Shown one piece after another: positions 28,937 to 38,084 of a stretch of 64,000 bases of DNA. The notes below the pieces were generated by a model. That model did not search any database, was not told the DNA's origin, and worked only from the letters and a program-made list of their open reading frames with translations. This stretch comes from a virus. Its lineage: Duplodnaviria; Caudoviricetes. A program made the translations under genes and the position numbers. The DNA lies in the IMG/VR virus record IMGVR_UViG_2936514734_000001, positions 160,001 to 224,000 of that record. One strand, 5' to 3'. How positions within the stretch are numbered: position 1 is the stretch's first letter; each line of letters opens with the position of its first letter.

Positions 28937-29419
28937 TTATCTGTCATAAGTTAATACTAAATCCATTTCCATTCGCTCTTCTTCAGACATTTTGTTCAAA
29001 CCTAATTTTGCTACAGCTGGATTAGCATAATATAGTTCATACACTAATTTCTGTAGTTTAGATAGACCAAGTATTCTTTTGACTTTTTCTTTACATTGAA
29101 GTTTTATAACATAATTAGATTCTTTTTCAACGGTGAGTTTGTCACTTATAAAAAGTGCTGTATTTAATTCTCTTTCAAACAATGATACTTCATCCATGGC
29201 GAGAACATTGCGTTCACACAATTGGAATAAATCAATTCGGAATGTTTTTCCGGTATTCACAATTTCGTTTTCAATCCATTCTAAAGACTTTTTGGCAAGG
29301 ATACTTACATCATTTGATTCGTTTCTTACAGCAACAATAACTGATTCTAATTTAGTCATCACTTTTTTATCATTAACATTAAACATTATTTGGTTTCCCC
29401 CTCGTGGTGATTGTTTCAA
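28937..29419 (-). CDS. hypothetical protein
   Basis: 160-aa ORF; probable start MFNVND. Confidence 0.65.
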   Translation of the reverse strand: MKQSPRGGNQIMFNVNDKKVMTKLESVIVAVRNESNDVSILAKKSLEWIENEIVNTGKTFRIDLFQLCERNVLAMDEVSLFERELNTALFISDKLTVEKESNYVIKLQCKEKVKRILGLSKLQKLVYELYYANPAVAKLGLNKMSEEERMEMDLVLTYDR

Positions 29420-29594
29420 GTCATGTTGGATTCTCTGTTGTAAGAGTTTCTCATATAATCTATTGAAAACTACTAATTTCTATTTAATTTTAGTGGATTA
29501 AACTATATTTCAATACATTCTAATTTGTTTCACTAGTATCTACGTTATTGTAGTTATTAGTATGTATAATATGAGTGCGATTGTTTCAAATATA

Positions 29595-29894
29595 TTAGTT
29601 TATTAATGCAAAAATTTCATTACTTAAAGTTGTTAATCTATTGTATTCACCAATAACTGCGTCTTCAATAATCTTTCTAGCTTCAGCATTGACTGGGTTA
29701 GCCATATCTTTAAATTTGCCTCCAGGCATCTTCTTAGAAGGCATAGCAACCATTAATTTACCGCTTCTATTTTCTACTATGCGGATATCATTCAGAGCAA
29801 TCATGCCATTGACGATAATATTGCAAATTGCTTTCATTCCATTCCCATCTTTGATTTTCATTTTAATATCTGTAATTGTTAGTCCGTATTCCAT
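29595..29894 (-). CDS. spoVG: SpoVG family nucleic-acid-binding protein
   Basis: ITDI, MKA, DIRIVE, VAMPSKK, FKD.ANPVN..AR..IEDAV..EY. Confidence 0.88.
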   Translation of the reverse strand: MEYGLTITDIKMKIKDGNGMKAICNIIVNGMIALNDIRIVENRSGKLMVAMPSKKMPGGKFKDMANPVNAEARKIIEDAVIGEYNRLTTLSNEIFALIN

Positions 29895-30106
29895 GTCATA
29901 ATCTCTCCTTTAAAATTTATATCTATTTATATTTTAAGGATAAGTGTAATTGATCATCCCTTATATTATAGTAACCTTAGAATATACCCCATTTTTATAT
30001 ATACGTTTTAACTGTTGTGTTGTACCCTAATATAAATTCACAGATGCATAAAAAAAGACCCCCTAGAATTAGGGGATCATTGAATTTATCGCATCAACTC
30101 CATAAT

Positions 30107-30829
30107 TTATGATAATTGCTTTTTTACTTCATTGCTTAATACTTGTTGACGAATAGCTTTTGATAGATCCTGTACATTAGTTCCGGCCTGTTGTACTAAT
30201 GAGTTAGTAGCTTGTTCCGTAGAAGCATCAACCTCGACTGTTACATCTCGGCGTAACTCTGCAATGATGTCACTCATATTGCGAGTAGTAGTTGAAGTCT
30301 CCTGTGGAGCTGAAGGCTCCGTAGATGTTTCAACAGCTTCTGATTGTTCAACAGCTTCTTGAATAGTTTCAGGAGCTACAACTGATAAGTTTTGTTGTGC
30401 TTGAACTTGATTAGCAATTAACTCAGATAAGTTTACTGCTGGCTGAGCTTCTTGTTCAGTAACTTGTTGTTTAATAATTTCAGATAAAGATGGTGTCGGA
30501 GCAGAAGGGACAACCACTACAGGTTCTGCATTTTGTTGAGCAGCAATTTGACTAGCTATTTGTTGATTTAGTACAGATTGGCGCACTCGATCTTCAACAG
30601 AAACTTCCTCGTCCTCAAAATCTTCTTCATCATCTTCAAAATCCTCTTCGATGTCCTCGTCGTCTTCGATATCTTGAAGTTCTGCCATACGATTATGAAC
30701 AGTATCAAGTAGACCCTGAGTTTTCTCGTTGATGTAACTAATTAATCCTGCCTTAAATGATTCAAGCTCTGATCTAACCTCTTCTAATACTGCTAATTCT
30801 TCATGTTTTTCCATTGTAAAACCCTCCAA
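30107..30829 (-). CDS. acidic, low-complexity protein with repeated LSxxIxxQV motifs
   Basis: 240-aa ORF; motif shared with 14269..15171. Confidence 0.75.
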   Translation of the reverse strand: MEGFTMEKHEELAVLEEVRSELESFKAGLISYINEKTQGLLDTVHNRMAELQDIEDDEDIEEDFEDDEEDFEDEEVSVEDRVRQSVLNQQIASQIAAQQNAEPVVVVPSAPTPSLSEIIKQQVTEQEAQPAVNLSELIANQVQAQQNLSVVAPETIQEAVEQSEAVETSTEPSAPQETSTTTRNMSDIIAELRRDVTVEVDASTEQATNSLVQQAGTNVQDLSKAIRQQVLSNEVKKQLS

Positions 30830-30918
30830 TAAATTATATAAAAGATAAATGTTATATTTGGCTTAACAAACATAACGGTTTGAACACGAAAGTCAATACT
30901 TCCTGAAAAATAATAGGG

Positions 30919-31004
30919 GAATGTGAACGGGATTCGAACCCGTGACCCAAGTACCTAGCATACGCATTATAGGTCCATCGCTCTACCTACTGAGCTATCA
31001 CATC
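30919..31004 (-). tRNA. atypical tRNA or tRNA-like RNA (anticodon ambiguous, possibly UAU); no encoded CCA
   Basis: Acceptor GATGTGA/TCACATT, D-arm TAGCTCAGTAGGTAGAGC, T-arm ACGGGTTCGAATCCCGT; 36 nt between the D and T arms. Confidence 0.7.
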
Positions 31005-31101
31005 ATGGAATACAAAAAGGGTAGGGGCGTTAGCCCCTAAACCCCAATGTAATTAATATTTTTAAAAATAAAAAGCTACGAGCCTCATAGACCCGTAGCG
31101 G

Positions 31102-31209
31102 TTAACTAACTTTAGTATTGTATTCACGTGTCTTCCTTTTAGCAGAGGACTCGCTTGTTCTTGGTTTTTTCTTACGTGTCGGTTCGCCTTCACGCTTTTT
31201 CTTTTTCAT
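31102..31209 (-). CDS. small highly basic peptide (35 aa, MKKKKREGEPTRKKKPRTSESSAKRKTREYNTKVS), absent from the ORF track
   Basis: Translated by hand; AGGGGG RBS. Confidence 0.5.
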   Translation of the reverse strand: MKKKKREGEPTRKKKPRTSESSAKRKTREYNTKVS

Positions 31210-31272
31210 TTAAATTCCCCCTAGATTAATCTTCTAGAGTATATGGGATTGTGTCCTGAAATATGAGTCTAA

Positions 31273-31461
31273 TTATTCATACTTAACCGTGCCAACAACA
31301 TTGCCGTTAATATCTAAGAGCTTGCTTGGCTTGTTATTGTTAGCAATATTCTCAGCTAAACCTATCAATATTCTAGATAATTCAAGATGACCATTATCAT
31401 CAAATGCTGAATTACATGTTTCTATACTAACCGATACTTTCTCCAAAAATTTCACCTCCAA
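31273..31461 (-). CDS. hypothetical phage protein
   Basis: 62 aa with a C-terminal LLDINGNVVG motif. Confidence 0.65.
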   Translation of the reverse strand: MEVKFLEKVSVSIETCNSAFDDNGHLELSRILIGLAENIANNNKPSKLLDINGNVVGTVKYE

Positions 31462-31680
31462 TCAATGCAAGGGGATTAATGTAATACTGTCTGACTCTGA
31501 CTTAATAAACTCTTCTAGTTCGCCAAGATTTCTAAAACACTTGTCGTGCTCAAAACCATTGTCGATGTTTTGTAGTTTAATATGTAAGAAGTCATTAGTA
31601 ACTTTATAAACTAGTTTTCCAAGGATCCCTGTGTCTTCAATTAACAGGTCACCAATCTCTACATGGTTGCTATGGATCAA
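31462..31680 (-). CDS. hypothetical protein
   Basis: 72 aa, GAGGTGA RBS. Confidence 0.6.
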   Translation of the reverse strand: MIHSNHVEIGDLLIEDTGILGKLVYKVTNDFLHIKLQNIDNGFEHDKCFRNLGELEEFIKSESDSITLIPLH

Positions 31681-31999
31681 ACCAACTCACCTCAATTCTA
31701 TATGTTTTATGTTTGATAAAATGTCTAGCCATTGTTGAACACCTCCTTCGTGTAGAATTAATCATGATAAAAACTCCCCAATCAATAGAAAGGGGAGTGA
31801 GGAGCTAAATTAAAAAACACTAATTAAAACTAATAATAACTGTTTTCCACTAGAATCTATCAAAAAATAATTTATTTTAATTTATAATGTTATATTAAAT
31901 TGTTTTGTACTATAAAAAACTGAAATCTAATGTGTCGTCTTACCGCATGGTTGGGTGTAAATAGCCGTACATATAGCTATCAATAAAGTTACGACACAA

Positions 32000-32293
32000 T
32001 TAATAACTCCAATCAGTTTCATATCCATCGTCTGAACGTTCAACTAAAACCCGCACTAAACACTTTTTCTGCTTAGGGCTTAACGTTTTACGCTTAGCTA
32101 CTGTAATAAGGATGTCACGAGCAAGGCATTCACTTGAGTCGGACTTATCTACAGGATCATCTTTAAAAGACTGAATAATATCATTAATAACTTGTTGATT
32201 TGGAACAGTCTTAGTTAATTCATCAATTGTATTGTTAATCATACATGCTTCTTCTAAAGCCGCTTCCCAGCAAAGGTCTGCCATTTCACCCAT
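32000..32293 (-). CDS. hypothetical phage protein
   Basis: 97 aa, MGEMAD start, GAGGTGA RBS. Confidence 0.7.
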   Translation of the reverse strand: MGEMADLCWEAALEEACMINNTIDELTKTVPNQQVINDIIQSFKDDPVDKSDSSECLARDILITVAKRKTLSPKQKKCLVRVLVERSDDGYETDWSY

Positions 32294-32304
32294 TATTATT
32301 CACC

Positions 32305-32805
32305 TCACGTATTTGCGACCTTCATATTTTGTAATTCATCTAAGCGTGCAGAAACTTTATCGAATTTTTCACGTACTTTTTCTATTCGATTTCTTTTATC
32401 TAGCCTCTGCTCATGAGTTTCAGCTTTTTCTTCAAATATTTTTTCCATATCATCACTTAGAGAAAAGAAGGTTTTTAATTGGTTTTTATACTCTGTTGCT
32501 ATATCCAATGCTTGTTTTCTAATGCCGTTGTCTTCAATCCATTTTTGTACGATAGAATGTTCTTCTTGAGTAAGTGCTTCATCTTCTCCCCAATGACTAA
32601 TACTTCCGTTATCTATAAGTCTAGAGACAATACGACAAGATAATTTTTCATCTTCTTCGATTGGAACTATAATATTAAGATACGCCTTGCCTTCATCAAT
32701 AGAAGGGAATCTATCTTTAGGTACTTCTATTTTTACAATGAAGCTAACGCCTCCGGTTGTAGCCGCTGCATAACCTAAATATTCAATGCCAATTACTTTA
32801 AACAT
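32305..32805 (-). CDS. hypothetical protein with C-terminal coiled coil
   Basis: 166 aa, AAGGAG RBS. Confidence 0.7.
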   Translation of the reverse strand: MFKVIGIEYLGYAAATTGGVSFIVKIEVPKDRFPSIDEGKAYLNIIVPIEEDEKLSCRIVSRLIDNGSISHWGEDEALTQEEHSIVQKWIEDNGIRKQALDIATEYKNQLKTFFSLSDDMEKIFEEKAETHEQRLDKRNRIEKVREKFDKVSARLDELQNMKVANT

Positions 32806-32819
32806 AAACAGAAATCTCC

Positions 32820-32984
32820 TTATTCTTTAATTAATTCAATTTGACCAGTTTCGTTATCTATGCGAATATCTGAAATCCCTATAAAATCGTCAGGGACTCT
32901 ATTGGAAACAACAACATCTGAATATAATTGATCTTTTGTTAAGCCCATTAACTTTTCTAATAATTCATCACCAGTTAAGCCCAT
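32820..32984 (-). CDS. small hypothetical protein (54 aa), absent from the ORF track
   Basis: ATG after AGGAGG; fills the gap between neighbours. Confidence 0.55.
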   Translation of the reverse strand: MGLTGDELLEKLMGLTKDQLYSDVVVSNRVPDDFIGISDIRIDNETGQIELIKE

Positions 32985-33499
32985 ACTGCTAACCTCCTAG
33001 CTATTTTAGGTAAAAGCTTTCTTGAGTGATAAAACATCAGAATCGTTAAAAGTAAATCCAGCAGAAGAGTATTAAAAGGAGCAGATCTCCGCATTTCAAC
33101 AATAATAAGAAAGATATAGAACACACCAATACAAAAAGGGAACCAGTCACTGAGGAAAACCTTGCCAAAGTAAGATTTGATTTTTTTAAAAGATAGTCCC
33201 TTTTTATTGCGATAGTCCTTGTCTAGCTCTAGTAATTTTCGTTCGAAATGATTAACTATCCATTGCAGTTTCTTTTTCTCTAATTGATAATCATCATACT
33301 TATCAGATTCTTCGAATAGCCAAGTTGCAGAGAATCCTTCTTTTAATTCATGTAATTGTTTAGAGAAATGACCGTATTCTTCAAATAGATAAATAGCTTG
33401 CTTATAAGCTTCTTCAGTATAAGTATTAAGATCAAACTCATGTTCATTAATTACACGTATATCAACATTCTTCACAATGTTTCCTCCTAGACAATTCAT
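32975..33499 (-). CDS. hypothetical membrane protein
   Basis: Two C-terminal hydrophobic segments; AGGAGG RBS points to a GTG start near 33475. Confidence 0.65.
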   Translation of the reverse strand: MNCLGGNIVKNVDIRVINEHEFDLNTYTEEAYKQAIYLFEEYGHFSKQLHELKEGFSATWLFEESDKYDDYQLEKKKLQWIVNHFERKLLELDKDYRNKKGLSFKKIKSYFGKVFLSDWFPFCIGVFYIFLIIVEMRRSAPFNTLLLDLLLTILMFYHSRKLLPKIARRLAVWA

Positions 33500-33667
33500 G
33501 TACTTAAGCCGGGAGCCGTCTTTACATTAAACGATATGACCAGTCTCCTATACGGATAATCAGTCCGCGATAGGGGCCATGTGCTATTGCTGATTAAACA
33601 ATCACACAATATGCTTTCGACCACATAAGGACTCGAACCCTAATAGCTCCCCGCTTAAATACACGAA
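33495..33667 (-). ncRNA. candidate structured RNA with a long terminal stem and a tRNA T-arm
   Basis: 22-bp imperfect terminal inverted repeat (33495-516/33646-667) enclosing hairpins, including TAGGGTTCGAGTCCTTA. Confidence 0.55.
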
Positions 33668-33677
33668 CTTAATCGTG

Positions 33678-33857
33678 TTATTTAAGAGATAAATACTTTT
33701 TATCAATATGAAATTCAATACCATCATCCATATCTAAAACTTCAACAGTATCTTCATTAATTTTCTTTTGAATAATAACTTCACCGCTAATGAATTTCAT
33801 AAACGGATATTCATGTTCAAGTTCACTGGGAATATTAACTTGATACCTAGCGGCCAT
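33678..33857 (-). CDS. small hypothetical protein (59 aa), absent from the ORF track
   Basis: ATG after a GGAGTGA RBS, directly after the cca stop. Confidence 0.55.
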   Translation of the reverse strand: MAARYQVNIPSELEHEYPFMKFISGEVIIQKKINEDTVEVLDMDDGIEFHIDKKYLSLK

Positions 33858-33863
33858 ATGTAA

Positions 33864-35387
33864 TCACTCCTTAACAGTTTCTAGGTATTCCTTTATCTTG
33901 TTACGACTTTCTTTCATGATAGCTATTCTTTGTTTACGCTTATCACTATGAATTACATAACCTAGTTTTTCACCTTGATACTTAGTCTTTAGTTCTTCAA
34001 TATCTAAAGAGCAGGTAACACGGCGGGCATCTTCATGATAAATTTCTAAGATTGCTTTATGTTGAGCAGCTATAAGGATAGCCATATATACTCGATTAGC
34101 AGAATCATAATCCCCAAGAATCTTAATTAGTTCTGAGAATAAACCTTTAATGTAGAAAGGAACTCTATAGCGAAAGGTTGTTAGTGTGTTTGCTGTTAGT
34201 TTTAAAACAGGCCCTAATTTTCTAGGTTCTTTTAGTCGTCCAATAGCATCAGCTATACAAACTATGGAGTAATCAAGAATATGATTAGACGAAACAATAC
34301 CTGGTTTTCGAATATAGGAATCCCCGTCCAATTCAAATTTACCTTCTACAAAATCAACTGCTTTTGGTATACGCATTGTGGTAAAAGCACCATGAAAAAC
34401 CATGTGTGCTGATACATTGAATAAGATAGCTTTCTTACACGACTTCAAATTGAAACGCTCCAAGAACTTTTCAGCAATTGGAACTCCAGCAGATTCATGG
34501 GTAATATAAGTAACAGTACCTTTAATAGGATGAATACCTTTTGTTACTGCTTTGCCAACATCATGTAGAAGGGCAGAGTACATAACAATCAGTTCACTAT
34601 CAGCAGGTAATTGATCACAGAGATAACGTGCAGCATCTACAACTTGCATTGTATGTTCAAAAACATTTCCTTCAGGATGATGTTCAGGGTTTTGTTCAAA
34701 CTCTGATAAACAATCAATCTCTGGAAAATGCACATCTAATACTTCCGCTTCTTTTAATGTGCGAAAGAATAGGGAGGGAGTATCAGTCATGAATGCTTTG
34801 TTTGTCTCCTCAAGTACACGTCCAATAGAAAGAGAAGATAGTTCTGCTTTAAGTGATTTCATCATTTGCATAGTTCCGTATTCTACAGAAAAACCATATC
34901 TTGCACAGAACCTTGCTGCACGATAAACCCGTAGCGGATCTTCCCTGAATGCTTTAGTAGTTGCACGCAACAAGGAACAATTCAAATCTTCTTGACCATA
35001 AAAAGGGTCAATCAATTCTTTTGTTTCTAAATCAATAGCCATTGCATTAATGGTGAAATCACGACGCGCCAAATCTTCCTCAATAGTTACAGTAGGAGAT
35101 GTATGTATAGTGAAACCTTTATGACCAGTAGATGTTTTTCTCTCTGTTCTAGCTAGTGCGACTTCACAGTATTCTCCGTCAATATCCATACGATAAACAG
35201 GGAAGTCTTTACCTTGTAACTCAGCAGTAGGAAAGAGTGATTCAAATGTTTCTTGAGAAATACCAGTTACACAGTAATCATTGTCTTTAGCTATCTTTCC
35301 CATTAGTGAATCACGAACGGCACCGCCAACTAAATAACCTTTTGCATTATTAGTCTTTAATGTATTTACAAAGGTATCTAATTGCAT
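33864..35387 (-). CDS. cca: tRNA nucleotidyltransferase (CCA-adding, class II) with HD domain
   Basis: LVGGAVRD..KDND, DLARRDFTINAMA, EDPLRVYRAARF; HHPEG..HT and LLHDVGK (HD). Confidence 0.92.
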   Translation of the reverse strand: MQLDTFVNTLKTNNAKGYLVGGAVRDSLMGKIAKDNDYCVTGISQETFESLFPTAELQGKDFPVYRMDIDGEYCEVALARTERKTSTGHKGFTIHTSPTVTIEEDLARRDFTINAMAIDLETKELIDPFYGQEDLNCSLLRATTKAFREDPLRVYRAARFCARYGFSVEYGTMQMMKSLKAELSSLSIGRVLEETNKAFMTDTPSLFFRTLKEAEVLDVHFPEIDCLSEFEQNPEHHPEGNVFEHTMQVVDAARYLCDQLPADSELIVMYSALLHDVGKAVTKGIHPIKGTVTYITHESAGVPIAEKFLERFNLKSCKKAILFNVSAHMVFHGAFTTMRIPKAVDFVEGKFELDGDSYIRKPGIVSSNHILDYSIVCIADAIGRLKEPRKLGPVLKLTANTLTTFRYRVPFYIKGLFSELIKILGDYDSANRVYMAILIAAQHKAILEIYHEDARRVTCSLDIEELKTKYQGEKLGYVIHSDKRKQRIAIMKESRNKIKEYLETVKE

Positions 35388-35405
35388 ATGTAAACATCCT
35401 TTCTA

Positions 35406-35690
35406 TTAATCAACAAATTTCTGTAATTCATTAATTAATGTCTTAATATCTTCTTTATTTAAAGTAGCTTGGACCATTTGCCAAAAATGACCGTTATTAT
35501 CTTTACCATCATTTCTTAATACAATCATCACTTCATCACGAAGACGCTTTTTTAATGTGATATTGTGCTTGTTGCATCTAAAAGGATTGTTCGAAGTAGG
35601 ATTGTAAATAATACTACATTTTTTACTTAAACAAATAGCACCATTCTCTGATGTACTTACACTAAATGTAGGCTTTTGTTTTGTTTCCAA
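35406..35690 (-). CDS. hypothetical protein
   Basis: 94-aa ORF in a packed small-gene run. Confidence 0.55.
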   Translation of the reverse strand: METKQKPTFSVSTSENGAICLSKKCSIIYNPTSNNPFRCNKHNITLKKRLRDEVMIVLRNDGKDNNGHFWQMVQATLNKEDIKTLINELQKFVD

Positions 35691-35972
35691 TTAATTCGCC
35701 ACCTTTTCAAAATCCGCAATATTGTTAGGAAGGGGTAGTCCAAATACACGATTCGCATATCGGAAATCTTCCGCTGTAGGATTACGCATAATATAGTAAT
35801 TAAAAGACATAACTTGATTGTAGTATTTATCACTTTCATCTTTAAAAAAGGCATGGTCTTTAACGAACGGATCATCCATGACACCTTCGTTCTTGCTCAT
35901 ACGTAATAAGTCATCCAAGTTAATTACCTCGGGCGGCTTACTACCATCATAGAAATAATAAACAGACTTCAT
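35691..35972 (-). CDS. hypothetical protein
   Basis: 93 aa, ATGA overlap. Confidence 0.6.
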   Translation of the reverse strand: MKSVYYFYDGSKPPEVINLDDLLRMSKNEGVMDDPFVKDHAFFKDESDKYYNQVMSFNYYIMRNPTAEDFRYANRVFGLPLPNNIADFEKVAN

Positions 35973-36160
35973 TTTTTACGACGCTTCTTTCTAATTTTGT
36001 GTTTACGTACCTTAATAGGTTTAACCTTATTTACTTTCAAGTGACACTTAGGATGAACACTTAGTACATGAGGATAAGTAGGAAACTTACCAACATTACA
36101 TACATAACGGCTGCCGGCATCCTTAGCATGATTATGAATACAATCAGCACATATAACCAT
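35969..36160 (-). CDS. small Cys/His-containing basic protein
   Basis: CADC...C...C and a Lys/Arg tail; AAGGAG RBS. Confidence 0.6.
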   Translation of the reverse strand: MVICADCIHNHAKDAGSRYVCNVGKFPTYPHVLSVHPKCHLKVNKVKPIKVRKHKIRKKRRKK

Positions 36161-36175
36161 ATATAGGACAACTCC

Positions 36176-36418
36176 TTATGCTAAGACTTCTTGAATCTTA
36201 AAGCGGTCAGGAACACCATACATAAGAATTTCACCAAGAGTTAAATTACCTGCAGGAGGATATACAATAAAGTCATTCATAATAGTTCCAAGATCATTCA
36301 TCCTCTTATCAATAAACTCTAATGCATCTTCCTTAGTATCATGCTTACTGAATACTTCCTTATTATCTTCCCAGTAACAAACAATCCACTTATTCATTTT
36401 GTCAAACATATGTAGCAC
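36176..36418 (-). CDS. hypothetical protein
   Basis: 80-aa ORF. Confidence 0.6.
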   Translation of the reverse strand: MLHMFDKMNKWIVCYWEDNKEVFSKHDTKEDALEFIDKRMNDLGTIMNDFIVYPPAGNLTLGEILMYGVPDRFKIQEVLA

Positions 36419-36436
36419 TCCATTCTTAGATAGTTG

Positions 36437-36709
36437 TCATTGATTGGTTGCCTCAAGAGCAACATGTTGTAAGATAGCTTCTGCTGTTCCTTCACATAAG
36501 AAATGACACCAGCCATTACCTTCATCCCAAATAGCAATACGTACACCTTTATCGTTCTCCCAAATCCAGGTGCGGTAATAGTTATCTAATACATCTGCAG
36601 GTAGAGAAGGGTAAACCTGATCAATTCTCCCTAAGCAATTAAAGTCTTCAATCATATCTTTTTCTTGTTTAACGTTCTTAACGAAATCGAGTACATTATT
36701 GGTAAGCAT
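36437..36709 (-). CDS. hypothetical protein
   Basis: 90 aa, AAAGGAG RBS. Confidence 0.65.
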   Translation of the reverse strand: MLTNNVLDFVKNVKQEKDMIEDFNCLGRIDQVYPSLPADVLDNYYRTWIWENDKGVRIAIWDEGNGWCHFLCEGTAEAILQHVALEATNQ

Positions 36710-36746
36710 CTATATCTCTCCTTTGTCATAATAAATGCATGAGACT

Positions 36747-36932
36747 TCATTCTTCTACAAACCACATTCCTTCCAGAATCATTCCACCATGTACCTTAAA
36801 GGCATCTCTCCATTCTGTATTAGTATCAAACTCATAAAGTCCTTGCTGATAGATACATTTCACTTTCTTATTAAATGCATCCCATCTTTTTAAAGCAGTC
36901 ATAAAGTCTACTTGACGATATCCTTCAAACAC
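36747..36932 (-). CDS. hypothetical protein
   Basis: 61 aa, AAAGGATGTG RBS. Confidence 0.6.
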   Translation of the reverse strand: MFEGYRQVDFMTALKRWDAFNKKVKCIYQQGLYEFDTNTEWRDAFKVHGGMILEGMWFVEE

Positions 36933-36949
36933 ATAATCACATCCTTTAA

Positions 36950-37168
36950 CTAGATTGAGACTTTAATAACTTCACACTTTAATCTTTTCTCTATATAATC
37001 AATAACGTTTTTAGGATTCTTTGTTTTAAGTCCACACGCAATATAAAAAGAACTAAGGCTGATTAATCTAAACAATCCAGTTTCTCTTTCAACCACCACT
37101 CTGTAATGCAACAACTTACCTGACTTAATATGTCTTGCTGTAATATGACTGCCTCTCTTTATATCCAT
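36950..37168 (-). CDS. hypothetical protein
   Basis: 72-aa ORF. Confidence 0.55.
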   Translation of the reverse strand: MDIKRGSHITARHIKSGKLLHYRVVVERETGLFRLISLSSFYIACGLKTKNPKNVIDYIEKRLKCEVIKVSI

Positions 37169-37205
37169 AAAACTACACGCGGCTCCTTTCCATAAGTACT
37201 AACAA

Positions 37206-37577
37206 TCAGTGATTAAACTTTACATAATTAAGCTCTCTATTAATAACTGTGTAATCAACATACTTAATAGATTCAGAACCATCATAGTCATCAATTAACC
37301 AAGGCTTTGATGTATCTACTTCAACTATACGAATATGACTCCATCCTTCTTTACCTGTTAGAAGTCCATCTTTAGCATGTGTTTCTACATGGTTAACATA
37401 TTGTTCATTAGTACGTCCTTCGATAGACCAAAAAGGTACACCAACTTTATCAATAAGCTTCTGAAGTTTTGCATTAGGTTCAAATATTCCATAAGATACT
37501 TGTACAATTACTTTTACCTTGCTCATAATATTCACCAACTTTAAAAGTTTTTTTATAAATACACCGAAAACTATCAA
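37206..37577 (-). CDS. hypothetical phage protein (start probably MSKVKV)
   Basis: C-terminal W.IDDYDGSESI motif typical of phage proteins. Confidence 0.65.
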   Translation of the reverse strand: MIVFGVFIKKLLKLVNIMSKVKVIVQVSYGIFEPNAKLQKLIDKVGVPFWSIEGRTNEQYVNHVETHAKDGLLTGKEGWSHIRIVEVDTSKPWLIDDYDGSESIKYVDYTVINRELNYVKFNH

Positions 37578-37588
37578 AAGTGTACTTA

Positions 37589-38084
37589 TTATATAGTGGG
37601 CGGGGAAAACTCCTCGGGCCTAAATCAATTGCTTCTAATTATGTATAAATCACCACTATATAGACATAGATAACCTTAACTATATAGACAACAACTAATA
37701 AGACATAAACTATATAGTGCACATCATCTACTACTATATCCACCTATATAAAGACAACAAGTAAGACTAAGATTATGTATATAAGGGGAACAGATGAACA
37801 TAGTAATAGATACGTACCTATATAGACAGAACCTTAACACTTTGATTCTGAATATAGGACAAACCCTTGATACATAAGGGTTTAACTGACATAACATGAT
37901 TAACCTAAGACTGATAAAACTATATAGATTGATTCCCTTACTATATAGAGGAGTACCTATGACTTCTCTCTTTATATGCATAGATAACCTCTTATATAGG
38001 GGATTACTATATAGACAGAATCAGACACCTTTGTATTATTTGTAGGTAGGAAAGGGGAACTTCCCAGTACCAAAACCTATATAG
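37589..38084. repeat. cluster of CTATATAG palindromes (often ACTATATAGACA)
   Basis: Perfect copies at 37656, 37680, 37710, 37818, 37920, 37941, 38007 and 38077; variants at 37589, 37744 and 37992. Confidence 0.8.

Noticed and set aside
37724-37981. 85-aa ORF in the ORF track
   Set aside because: It runs through the CTATATAG repeat field, has no clear RBS and has atypical composition; probably spurious.
37589-38084. Possible CRISPR array
   Set aside because: The repeated unit is only 8-12 bp with irregular spacing; there are no 23-47-bp repeats and no cas genes.
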